64,000 nt of DNA from a virus (Duplodnaviria > Caudoviricetes): positions 1,576 to 65,575 of the IMG/VR virus record IMGVR_UViG_3300035670_000190. One strand, 5' to 3'. Under the pieces are notes generated by a model that saw only the letters and a program-made list of their open reading frames with translations, did not search any database and had not been told where the DNA came from. The position numbers were made by a program, and so were the translations under genes. The stretch's first letter is position 1; every line of letters begins with the position of its first letter. This document shows, in pieces, positions 11,101-19,866 of this stretch.

Positions 11101-12449
11101 AAACTTTAGGAAGTGCAACTGGCGCATATACTGTTCCAAACATCCCGCTTCCAGATGAAACAACAGAACTTTCTCATGACTATTATCTACCTAGAATTGA
11201 TAAACTTGTTCTAAGTAAAGATAAAGAATTCAGAGTAATTTCTGGTAAATCAGCCCCAAGACCTCTTCCACCAGAGGATCTTGATGATGCAATGACTCTT
11301 TATCAAATTAACGTTCCTGCATTTGGCGCAGATGTTCGTGAGTTTAATTTAAGATACGTCGATAATCGTCGCCTCACTATGCGCGATCTAGCCAATCTTC
11401 AAAAGAGAGTTGAAAGTCTTGAGTTTTATACTTCTTTCAATAACGTCGAGTTGCTTGCATTGAGCGATAAAACTGCATATGAAGATGGAACTGAAAAAGA
11501 AAAATTTGGTATTGTTGGTGAAAACTTCAGCAACTTTAATATTGCAGATTATAAAAATCCAGAGTTTGGTGTTGCGCTAGAAGATGGATTTATGACACCT
11601 TCAGCTCTAACTTTGAATTATGGATTTAAAAATATTGCAAATTCAACAACAAAGAAAAATAAGAAAACTGTTACGCTAAATTATACTGAAACTCCAGCGA
11701 TAACACAAGGTCTTGCTTCAGATAATGCAGTTTCAGTTCAACCGTTCTTGTTTGGATCATTTAATGGTACACTTGAACTATTCCCAGAAACCGATTATTG
11801 GATCAATGAATCACTTAAACCAGAAATTATTTCTGTTCCAGAAAGAATTATTGAACATCACCACGTAATCAGAGAAATTGTTAAAGAGCCTGCTCCGCCG
11901 ATAACAATTGTAAACAAATATTATACTACAAACGTGGTAAATCAAATTATCGTTGCTCCTGGTGATGATCCAGTCGATCCACCACCAGATGATGTGCCTC
12001 CAGTAGATCCTCCAGCTGATCCACCTGTGGTCATTCCACCAGAGCCTGTTTTACCAGATCCAACTCCACCACCAGCGCCACCTACACCGCCAGTGGAGGA
12101 CCCACCATTTTTCCCAATTATAACACCTGCAATTGATCTTGAATTTGATCCTTGCTTTATAAATGTGGGCATGAATTTTACTTTTGGAACAACAGGTGTT
12201 GTGGTTGCCCCTGGATGTCAACACGGTGGCATGTGGGGTAAAGGTGGAATTACAGATCTTTGGTTCCCACCAACTGACATTCCACAAGTTGATCCATTAC
12301 CACCAGTGCTAGAACCTCAAAACCCAACTAAGACAACACCAATTAATTTGGTCGGAAAAACTGGAGGCGGCGGCAGTGGTGCTACTGGCGGCGGTGGCAA
12401 CGGCAGAGCAGCATTGGAATTCGATTTCAGTGATACAAAGTTTAAGTAG
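8172..12449 (+). CDS. VrlC/DUF4815-like virion structural protein, N-terminal part, with a Pro-rich tail
   Basis: FNVDPYYDDF, LFKPG..VQARELTQ.QSILQNQI, APGADR, LARRTFDESGDY, YYLPRIDK and RR.TMRD motifs typical of this protein in cyanophage-like T4 phages. Confidence 0.85.
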   Translation: MQFNVDPYYDDFEQNALDNNYMRILFKPGYSVQARELTQIQSILQNQIKQFGDHIFQDGSPVIGGNLTLDNKVQFLKLEESFNNEDVEVELFDGRIVRSLDGTVQAKVLTTYYPTDGTPTLLVKYITGNQFTDASNVRVAGTTTEAKMVSSNSTGPALVCSINEGVFYVDGFFVKVSDQTTVVNPYDVSANVKIGLEISDEIVDAAIDTTLLDPAQGSFNYQAPGADRYQYNLTLTTRPLDSIVDESQFFELMRVENGAITKQVKYPVYAELEKTLARRTFDESGDYVVRPFRATINDGADANNYVLSIEPGKAYVKGFEFETIGTLKVTTPKPRGAEDIKSLVDIDVDTSYGNFIYVTNLKGSSNGFINIAALEKVDVHLGRRSCIFATGAGNETANAFVYANTRIGSARVKNFVRQNPDLFNANTDSNGIYKIYLTDINIEPKILKVKEASPNAQTLVVTQNFCANVNNFINVSVTILPVRLDPVANVNVANVFTNSYRLNANSTVASVFTGNVSPGSIIRVADMVREVVSVNTAGDFLTVNRAWDKTIVATNSTTNPLSVFVQSTYTQNVSGQSRLITAAANNVGGANLHFYLDRPFDNLGVPDSNTVIQFNFGIKDAKSFCSGPVVANTLATNANVAFDVALQSTLVNNETFIEDPKRNLLIFKLPGTFVRRTSLNNADYRHAKYIADRSNTGNPGEFTISQGSGLENFETIDWADSTSAIQDNLVFVVRNNNGNTSFPNGSVVQLTSANVSLSGAPVDTITIDTGIPDILKADIILNVKENDSEDKLRTKVFMQNTVATLSPFNYPTSNSTTSNTEVSLQNLGHVASIDVANGFIWLTNPTYNAVRPGDAISLFVPDVVRVRRVIAGNTTNVPDADNAVDITNRFLVDYGQRDDRYDHTKLVLRSGYDSPEAKLLVHVDFFQHIYATGTNVSFFSADSYSQPLYDGGAIPIYTSSTGEIYYLRDCLDFRPTQTLGSATGAYTVPNIPLPDETTELSHDYYLPRIDKLVLSKDKEFRVISGKSAPRPLPPEDLDDAMTLYQINVPAFGADVREFNLRYVDNRRLTMRDLANLQKRVESLEFYTSFNNVELLALSDKTAYEDGTEKEKFGIVGENFSNFNIADYKNPEFGVALEDGFMTPSALTLNYGFKNIANSTTKKNKKTVTLNYTETPAITQGLASDNAVSVQPFLFGSFNGTLELFPETDYWINESLKPEIISVPERIIEHHHVIREIVKEPAPPITIVNKYYTTNVVNQIIVAPGDDPVDPPPDDVPPVDPPADPPVVIPPEPVLPDPTPPPAPPTPPVEDPPFFPIITPAIDLEFDPCFINVGMNFTFGTTGVVVAPGCQHGGMWGKGGITDLWFPPTDIPQVDPLPPVLEPQNPTKTTPINLVGKTGGGGSGATGGGGNGRAALEFDFSDTKFK

Positions 12450-12479
12450 AAATATAAACATTATCAGGTAATATAAACT

Positions 12480-15400
12480 ATGCCAAACAATTTAACAACA
12501 AATTTCGGAAAAGTTGTCGTTGACACAAGTCTTATTCCATACATCCGAAGTCGAGATGTGGAATTTACGGCTAGAAATTTGAAGCCATATAAGCTATCAA
12601 AGATTTTCTTTGACGACATTGCTGTGAACGCTTTTTGTCAAGTTGGAAATAAAATAGTTTTAGATTCTAAGAAAGTAGTAACAGTATCAAGAAATAATTC
12701 TATATCTCTTGCAGCAAGCGATATCGTATATCAAGGAACATCAAATACAGTTAATACATTCAACGGAATTGTAGATGCTTGGTATACTGCAAATTCTACA
12801 ATTGTGATTCGTTCACTTTCTGGTAATTTTGATGACACCGCTAAGTTATTTGTTGAAGCAGCAACATCTCATGACAGTTTAACAATAGGAACAACGTTTG
12901 CAAACTGTAATGTTGGAACAGTAACTAATTTCAATACATCTGACACATTCTCACCAGGAGAGGGTGTTAGAAGCACACAGGGTGGAAATGTTTATGCCAA
13001 GGTCCTTTCAACCTCTGGTGAAAATGTTTTATATGTAAATCAAAACTTTATAACTGTTAACGTGACAGCAGTTGGTGCTAATTTAATTAGCTCAATGTCA
13101 GCTGACTATTCTGTTGGAGATGTTGTATATCAAACTGCTAGTGGAACAAATGATTACTATTCTGCGACATTCAGAGGTGTTGTTGAATATTATAATGTTG
13201 AAAATCCAGGAACTCTTGCAATTAAACCTATTGCTGGAAGTTTGATTGCAAATTCAACAAGCACTAGTGCTAATGCAAATGTTCGTATTTGGAATGCATC
13301 AAATACAAGCTCTAAACCACTGGGCGTGAATTCTTTCAATGCGAATAAATTCGTCGTTGGCGGAAATGTAACAAGTGTTCTTAATTCTGCTAATAGCATT
13401 AAGATAACTGCATATACTCATAGATCTGGTGTTTTTGCTAATACCTTGAATCCAAATACCTCTTCTGTCATACTTTCAGTAAATGATACATCAAATCATC
13501 CATCTTTAAATAGCAATTTGATCTATTTTACAGCTGGTACTGGTGTTGGCGAACTTAAACGAATCATCAGTATAAGTGGAACTGAGGTGACTTTGAATAG
13601 CGCACTTCAGTTAGGTTATGATTCTGCAACTCACTACTCTATTGGCAATTTCATTGTAGATGAATATGGCACTGAAACGGGTATTTTCCATATTCCATCA
13701 TTCCCAGGATATAAGTTTAAAACAGGAAATCGTTTGTTAACGATTACTGATACAAATACTTACAATGATCCAGATTATGGAATGAGAGCTGCTGCAACTT
13801 ATGCTGCATCTGGAGTTTTGAAAACAACTCAAAATATTCAGACTACCCCTACATTACCACCATTCCCAGAAGTAGACGCAGATAATCTAGTTGCTCCATT
13901 GTCTCCAGCTGAAAGAGCTTATAATTCAGATGGAACAAAAAGTCCAATTACGGGATCAACAGCATCAACTACCCCAAGAATTCCTCTTGGGGATGGTTTA
14001 TCACAAACATTCTTTACTCCTAAACCAACAACCAACAAACAGAATTATGGTATTTTTGTTACCTCTGTTGATTTGTTTTTTAAGAGTAAGCCAAGTGTCG
14101 CTTTGGGCAGCATGCAGCTACCAGTTACAGTCAAAATTGCTGAAGTTCAAAATGGCTATCCAACTAAGAAATATTTGGCTGCTAAAACAATTCAAGCAAA
14201 AGATGTAAAGGTCTCATCACTACCAAATGTTTCTGATGCAAGTTCTTTGACAAAATTCACTTTTGACGATCCAGTTTACTTGGAACCAAATCGTGAATAT
14301 GCTCTCATCGTTGGATCTGATTCACCAGACTATGAACTTTATATTGCAGAACTTGGACAAACAGTTTTGGGCTCATCTCCAGAAAGAAGAATTTCTGAGC
14401 AGCCATATGCTGGTTCATTGTTTAGATCTCAAAACAGTTCAACATGGAGCCCATATCAAAATCAAGATTTGATGTTTAGAATTAATAAGGCTGTATTCAG
14501 TTCTTCTGGAACATCAACATTCAATCTTGAAGAACCACCAGCATCTTTAACAAATATTGATAAATTTATTCTATCTTCAGCAGATCTTAAATTTCCTGTC
14601 GGTACTGTGGATTATCGTGTAAGAGGAATTTATGCTTCTGATTTGAATAATGATAATGGTGTTCTTGCAGTTCCATACAGTCCAATTGAATATGGAGTTC
14701 TTCAAGATAAATCTAGCAGTACCAGTACCAACAGAAGAAGAATTAAACGCGGAAACTCAAATAGTTACATTGTCACGGTTGAAATGTCTTCATCTGATCC
14801 AGACGTTTCACCAACTGTCAATTTAGAGCGTTTGTCAATAACAGGCTTCACATATAATATTAATAATGCTGGATTGCCTAACACAGTAATCTCAATTACA
14901 AATAAGGGATCTGGATATAACTCATACTCTTCAAGTGGTGATTCATTACTCGGATCTTCAAATGCTGCTCTAAACACCTTTGCCCAAACATATAGAACAA
15001 CTTATTATGCAAATAACTATAATATAGCATTCTATGCAGTATCAATTTCTGGTGGACTAGGAACTGGCGCTCAAGGGTTTGTTGTTGCAAACACTGATGG
15101 ATCTAATACTGTTTCACATGCAGTAATGATGACTCCAGGTAGTGGCTATATTGAAACACCTTCTATCTCAATTCCAACTGGCGCTAATACCACAAACTCA
15201 CAAGCGTTTGCGCTTGTAGCTGGTGAAACTGGCAAATCAGGTGGAAATATCCGTTCTAAATACATCACAAGAGAGATTATTCTAGAAGACGGATTTGAAT
15301 CAGGAGATATTCGCGTTTATATGGATGCAATTCGTCCAGCACCGACAGATATTCAAATATATTATAAAGTCCTTTCTCCAGATGACTTTGATCGAATCAC

Positions 15401-15647
15401 TGACAAGTCATGGCGCAGAATGGAAAAGGTGAAAGATATCTATTCAAGAAATGCTAGAACATTGATTGGTTTAGAGTTTAGACCATCTTTGACTGAAAAT
15501 CGAATTGCTTATACTGAAAATGGAATTTCTTATCCTATCGGTGGTAAGTTTAAGAGATTCCAGATTAAAGTATGTTTGCTCAGCCCTGACGCAGCTCTTG
15601 TACCTAAAGTTAGAAATCTTCGAATTCTTGCGACTCCAGAAGGATAA
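12480..15647 (+). CDS. VrlC/DUF4815-like virion structural protein, C-terminal part
   Basis: IPYIRSR.V.F.A..LKP, LSQTFF, TSVDLFF.SK, F.FDDPVYL, QPYAGSLF.SQN.STW, KYIT..I.L and F..FQIK motifs; AGGT RBS. Confidence 0.82.
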   Translation: MPNNLTTNFGKVVVDTSLIPYIRSRDVEFTARNLKPYKLSKIFFDDIAVNAFCQVGNKIVLDSKKVVTVSRNNSISLAASDIVYQGTSNTVNTFNGIVDAWYTANSTIVIRSLSGNFDDTAKLFVEAATSHDSLTIGTTFANCNVGTVTNFNTSDTFSPGEGVRSTQGGNVYAKVLSTSGENVLYVNQNFITVNVTAVGANLISSMSADYSVGDVVYQTASGTNDYYSATFRGVVEYYNVENPGTLAIKPIAGSLIANSTSTSANANVRIWNASNTSSKPLGVNSFNANKFVVGGNVTSVLNSANSIKITAYTHRSGVFANTLNPNTSSVILSVNDTSNHPSLNSNLIYFTAGTGVGELKRIISISGTEVTLNSALQLGYDSATHYSIGNFIVDEYGTETGIFHIPSFPGYKFKTGNRLLTITDTNTYNDPDYGMRAAATYAASGVLKTTQNIQTTPTLPPFPEVDADNLVAPLSPAERAYNSDGTKSPITGSTASTTPRIPLGDGLSQTFFTPKPTTNKQNYGIFVTSVDLFFKSKPSVALGSMQLPVTVKIAEVQNGYPTKKYLAAKTIQAKDVKVSSLPNVSDASSLTKFTFDDPVYLEPNREYALIVGSDSPDYELYIAELGQTVLGSSPERRISEQPYAGSLFRSQNSSTWSPYQNQDLMFRINKAVFSSSGTSTFNLEEPPASLTNIDKFILSSADLKFPVGTVDYRVRGIYASDLNNDNGVLAVPYSPIEYGVLQDKSSSTSTNRRRIKRGNSNSYIVTVEMSSSDPDVSPTVNLERLSITGFTYNINNAGLPNTVISITNKGSGYNSYSSSGDSLLGSSNAALNTFAQTYRTTYYANNYNIAFYAVSISGGLGTGAQGFVVANTDGSNTVSHAVMMTPGSGYIETPSISIPTGANTTNSQAFALVAGETGKSGGNIRSKYITREIILEDGFESGDIRVYMDAIRPAPTDIQIYYKVLSPDDFDRITDKSWRRMEKVKDIYSRNARTLIGLEFRPSLTENRIAYTENGISYPIGGKFKRFQIKVCLLSPDAALVPKVRNLRILATPEG

Positions 15648-15653
15648 TCTATC

Positions 15654-15881
15654 ATGTCAGATAGAGCTAGAATTCGAGAAAATCCTGATTTTGTAAAAGA
15701 TATGAAAAATTTTGCTATTTTAAACACGAATAAATCTGCTGTGGCAAAACACGAGCATAAAATGGCTGAATTGAAGCGTGCAAAGCAAACAGAAGAAGAA
15801 ATAAATAATCTGAAATCTGAGGTTTCAGAAATCAAAACTTTACTCTCTAAAATTCTAAGTGCCGTTGAAGGCGAGAAATAG
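15654..15881 (+). CDS. small coiled-coil protein following VrlC
   Basis: RD/KD..AILN.N motif then EINNLKSEVSEIK.LL heptads; tightly packed between its neighbours. Confidence 0.75.
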   Translation: MSDRARIRENPDFVKDMKNFAILNTNKSAVAKHEHKMAELKRAKQTEEEINNLKSEVSEIKTLLSKILSAVEGEK

Positions 15882-15883
15882 AC

Positions 15884-18800
15884 ATGGCAAATACGACAAA
15901 TGTTGAAATAATCACTACAGCTAATACATTCGATCAATGGCGAATTCGTGATAATCTACTCGCCAATGATGTAAATGAAATAGTTCGTGGAGAATTTCTA
16001 AAACCAACTGGAAATGTTATTTTAGAGAATAAACTTACATTGAATAATGCCTCATTTGGTGTTACTCTTGAAGTAAAAGACGACGTTCGTATAGATGGTT
16101 TGCTTTCTGTCGATACCATTGAATCTGATGATGATGGGCATGTTTATCTTGCAGCTGGCGATATTACGATGGGCAATCGCGCTGCTGGTGGTTTATTCCA
16201 AGCAAACATCAACACTAACTTTAACTCAGCCTATGTAGCGTTTTCTAATGATACAGTAGGCTTAATTAATGTAAACACTCGCAATGTTATCATTAATACT
16301 GCCAATACATTATTCCAAAACAATGATCCAGGCTCCACATTAAATGTCGAAGTCTATGCCACAAACTTCTTTGGAACAAATATAACAATCGATAACACTG
16401 CGACAGGAACTCTTGAAGTTTATAATCGATTAACGCACGTTAACTCTGGAAATATCTTTTTCGGTAATACAGATCTTGAAGCAACATTTAATGTTCTTAC
16501 TTCCAATACCAATTTCCTAGGCGGTAATATCAGTATTACAAATACCTCTGTTGGTACAATTAATATCGATAATCGAATTCTTCAAATCAATACGCCAAAT
16601 GTAATTGTTACAAACACAGACCCAAGCGCCACATTTAATGTATTTCCAAACACATATTTTCATGGCGGAACAGTAAATGTTGCTAATACAGATGCTGCAG
16701 CGGTTGTAAACGTTTCTCCAAATACTTTCTTTTTCTCAAATGTGACAATAAGTGGCACAACGAACGTCGCTTCAAATGTCCATCTAAATGGAAATTCGCT
16801 AAACGTTTCTGGCAATATTATTCACACTGGTGCCAGCGCTAACTTAGCAGGTAACTTAAATGTAACTGGAACAGCTAATGTAGACGCTAATGTCCATTTA
16901 AATGGTAACTCTTTGAATGTTTCTGGTAATATTATTCATACTGGTGCCAGCGCAAATCTATCGGGCAATCTAAACGTTACTGGAACAACAAACGTTTCCT
17001 CTAACGTTCATCTAACAGGAAATTCACTCAACGTTTCTGGCAACATCATTCATACTGGTGCCAGCGCAAATCTATCGGGCAATCTAAACGTTACTGGAAC
17101 AACAAACGTTTCATCAAATGTGAATTTAAGTGGCAGCTCTTTAAATGTATCTGGCAATATTATTCATACAGGTGCAACTGCTAATTTGTCAGGTAACTTG
17201 AACGTAACTGGAACAGCAAATGTTTCATCAAATGTGAATTTGAATGGCAATTCACTCAATGTTTCTGGCAATATCATTCATACTGGTGCTAGTGCTAACT
17301 TATCAGGCAACTTAAATGTAACTGGAACAACAAACGTTGATAGCACATTAAAAGTTGCTGGAAATACGCAGCTCCTTTCTAACTTAACAGTTTCACAGAA
17401 CACAACTACCAGTAATTTAGAAGTAATTCGAAATATTACTACTGGCAATATTTCAGTAACACAAAATATTGCAGCTGGAAACGTTTCTGTTTCCAGAAAT
17501 ATTGCAGTTGGAAATGTTGCAGTTACTCAAAATCTATCCACTGGTAATCTAGTAGTTGCCGCGCTATCAAATATTGCTTGCGCAAATATTACTACTCTTG
17601 CTGTTGAAACGCTAACTGTTCAAAATCCTATTGCTGGACCTGCTGAAAGTGATGGTTCTTTATACAGACTTCGTGTCAGTCAAACTACTCGTGGCGATGG
17701 ATCTTTTGGTGTTCGTTTAGGTTCTGCTGCCAATGGCAATGCTTTCCTGACATTTGATACAACGGCAGGAAACTTATGGCGCGTAACAGCGAATAGCACT
17801 GAAGGAACATATTATACTCTTCTAACAGCCCAAAATCTTGTAGCCACAACATCAAATACAAGCACGATTTATGTTGCAGCTGCTAACACTGTGAACTCAT
17901 TGAATACGTTGATTAGAACAACCTCTGCAACACAAAATAATGTTCTAGATACGCACAATACAACCTTTGGAACTGTTAATACTACATTCGGTACTACTAA
18001 CACGACCTTTGGCACTGTAAATACAACTTTTGCTACACTAAACACCTCAGCAGGCAGTCAAAACACTGCAATTACTAATGCGCATAATCAAGCAAATGCC
18101 GCAAGAGGTCAAGCAAATACAGCATATGATACTGCAAACTCTGCTGCAAATACTGCTCGCGTTTCAGCTAATGGCGGATCATCATTATCTGCAAGACAAT
18201 TGAACTTTATTAATACTGCAAGCGTTCTTGTTTCTGTTGCCTCGGCTTCAGATGGAACAAATGCAAATATTTCTTTTGCAGTAGCAGGTGCTTCTGCGGG
18301 TGATGCTTATGATAGAGCAAACTCTGCAGCAAATACAACTCGAGTTGTTCATGCTAATACAGGCGCGACATTTAATAATACCTCAATCACAGTCTCAAAT
18401 TCAGCTTCCATTAATGTCAGAACAGCAGGTGGAACTGGTGTATCTAACACAGTATTTTTCTTCGAAGCAAACACATCAAATCCTGCAGTTTTAGGTCCAC
18501 AAGGACCAATTGGCTTCACTGGTTCTGTTGGTCTCACAGGTCCACAAGGACCAATTGGCTTCACTGGTTCTGTTGGTCTCACAGGACCACAAGGTCCAAG
18601 AGGTTACACTGGATCAGTTGGTGCTACAGGTCCACAAGGTGCAACTGGCTTCACTGGATCAATTGGTGCTCAAGGATCTCAAGGTCCAAGAGGTTACACT
18701 GGATCAGTTGGTGCTCAAGGACCACAAGGACTTCAAGGACCACAAGGATCTCAAGGTGCAACTGGCTTCACTGGATCAGTTGGTGCTCAAGGATCTCAAG

Positions 18801-19480
18801 GACCAAGAGGTTACACTGGATCTGTTGGTGCTCAAGGACCACAAGGATCTCAAGGACCACAAGGACTTCAAGGTCCGCAAGGACTTCAAGGTCCAAGAGG
18901 TTACACTGGATCTGTTGGTGCTCAAGGACCACAAGGATCTCAAGGACCACAAGGACTTCAAGGTCCGCAAGGACTTCAAGGTCCAAGAGGTTACACTGGA
19001 TCTGTTGGTGCTCAAGGACCACAAGGTCCTGCTGGTCCAATAGGCGGCAGCAGTGGACAAATACTATTCAACAATGGTGGTTCAACTGGTGGGTTTGGTA
19101 GTTGGAATGGTTCAACTATGGCAATCACTGGTGCAATTACGGCGACAGGCGATATTACTGCTTTTGCATCAGACTTAAGATTGAAAACAAATATTCAATT
19201 ACTCGAAGATGCTTTGAGTAAAATTAATAATATTAGAGGATTTACATTTAACTTCAATGATCTGGCTGGTGATATGGGCTTAGATACCAATATCAAACAT
19301 GTTGGTGTTGGCGCTCAAGAAATTGAATCTGTGCTCCCAGAAGCAACAGCTCCAGCGCCAATTAATGGTGAATATTTAACAGTTAAATATGAAAGAATTG
19401 TACCATTGTTGATTGAAGCTATTAAAGAACTAGACGCAAAAGTTGAAATGTTAATTGCAGAAAAAAACAATAACATCTAA
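15884..19480 (+). CDS. long tail fibre: beta-repeat shaft, collagen segment and C-terminal intramolecular chaperone (peptidase S74-like)
   Basis: N-terminal NTFDQWR..N, Asn/Thr/Val beta repeats, Gly-X-Y run at ~18490-19040, then ITAFA-SDLRLKTNI...GVGAQE...Y..IVPLLIEAIKEL. Confidence 0.88.
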   Translation: MANTTNVEIITTANTFDQWRIRDNLLANDVNEIVRGEFLKPTGNVILENKLTLNNASFGVTLEVKDDVRIDGLLSVDTIESDDDGHVYLAAGDITMGNRAAGGLFQANINTNFNSAYVAFSNDTVGLINVNTRNVIINTANTLFQNNDPGSTLNVEVYATNFFGTNITIDNTATGTLEVYNRLTHVNSGNIFFGNTDLEATFNVLTSNTNFLGGNISITNTSVGTINIDNRILQINTPNVIVTNTDPSATFNVFPNTYFHGGTVNVANTDAAAVVNVSPNTFFFSNVTISGTTNVASNVHLNGNSLNVSGNIIHTGASANLAGNLNVTGTANVDANVHLNGNSLNVSGNIIHTGASANLSGNLNVTGTTNVSSNVHLTGNSLNVSGNIIHTGASANLSGNLNVTGTTNVSSNVNLSGSSLNVSGNIIHTGATANLSGNLNVTGTANVSSNVNLNGNSLNVSGNIIHTGASANLSGNLNVTGTTNVDSTLKVAGNTQLLSNLTVSQNTTTSNLEVIRNITTGNISVTQNIAAGNVSVSRNIAVGNVAVTQNLSTGNLVVAALSNIACANITTLAVETLTVQNPIAGPAESDGSLYRLRVSQTTRGDGSFGVRLGSAANGNAFLTFDTTAGNLWRVTANSTEGTYYTLLTAQNLVATTSNTSTIYVAAANTVNSLNTLIRTTSATQNNVLDTHNTTFGTVNTTFGTTNTTFGTVNTTFATLNTSAGSQNTAITNAHNQANAARGQANTAYDTANSAANTARVSANGGSSLSARQLNFINTASVLVSVASASDGTNANISFAVAGASAGDAYDRANSAANTTRVVHANTGATFNNTSITVSNSASINVRTAGGTGVSNTVFFFEANTSNPAVLGPQGPIGFTGSVGLTGPQGPIGFTGSVGLTGPQGPRGYTGSVGATGPQGATGFTGSIGAQGSQGPRGYTGSVGAQGPQGLQGPQGSQGATGFTGSVGAQGSQGPRGYTGSVGAQGPQGSQGPQGLQGPQGLQGPRGYTGSVGAQGPQGSQGPQGLQGPQGLQGPRGYTGSVGAQGPQGPAGPIGGSSGQILFNNGGSTGGFGSWNGSTMAITGAITATGDITAFASDLRLKTNIQLLEDALSKINNIRGFTFNFNDLAGDMGLDTNIKHVGVGAQEIESVLPEATAPAPINGEYLTVKYERIVPLLIEAIKELDAKVEMLIAEKNNNI
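16760..17329 (+). repeat. five tandem 114-bp (38-aa) repeats in the fibre shaft
   Basis: Unit NV(S/A)SNV(H/N)L(N/T/S)GNSLNVSGNIIHTGASANLSGNLNVTGT starts at ~16760, 16874, 16988, 17102 and 17216. Confidence 0.9.
18803..19026 (+). repeat. perfect 90-bp tandem duplication (~2.5 copies) in the collagen segment
   Basis: ccaagaggttacactggatctgttggtgctcaaggacc... recurs identically at 18803, 18893 and 18983. Confidence 0.9.
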
Positions 19481-19497
19481 TTCTATTAAACGCGAAA

Positions 19498-19505
19498 TAT
19501 AAATA
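19498..19505 (+). promoter_or_regulatory. T4-type late promoter TATAAATA
   Basis: Exact consensus, intergenic, before 19531. Confidence 0.85.
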
Positions 19506-19530
19506 AAAAATACAAATAGGATAGAGAAGA

Positions 19531-19866
19531 ATGGCGCAATTTGTAGAGTTAGAAATAGATCAAGGTGCTGATTTTGTAGCTGATTTAGATATTACTAATA
19601 TAGATGGCACCCCGCAAAACGTGACTAATTATATTTTTTCTTCTTCAATTAAAAAATCATATTATTCTTCAAACGTGACATCTAATCTAACAGTGACAAT
19701 ACTTGATGCAGCTAATGGTAATGTTTCTTTATCTTTAGATTCAGCAAATACAGCTAATATTAAAGCTGGAAGATACCTATTTGATGTGAAACAAGTTGAT
19801 TCTTCTAACAGTGTAACACGATTATTTGAAGGTATTGTAACTGTTAATCCACAGGTCACGCAATGA
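19531..19866 (+). CDS. small Ig-like virion protein (BppU-N-like; putative fibre anchor)
   Basis: L.IDQGADF, G.V.LSL....TA.IKAGRY.FDV and R..EG.VTV.P.VT motifs; overlaps the start of the next collagen gene (ATGA). Confidence 0.7.
   Translation: MAQFVELEIDQGADFVADLDITNIDGTPQNVTNYIFSSSIKKSYYSSNVTSNLTVTILDAANGNVSLSLDSANTANIKAGRYLFDVKQVDSSNSVTRLFEGIVTVNPQVTQ

Noticed and set aside
12447-12480. Stop-codon readthrough or TAG recoding joining the two VrlC-like ORFs
   Set aside because: A second in-frame TAA lies at 12474, the downstream ORF has its own RBS, and TAG, TGA and TAA all end genes normally elsewhere.
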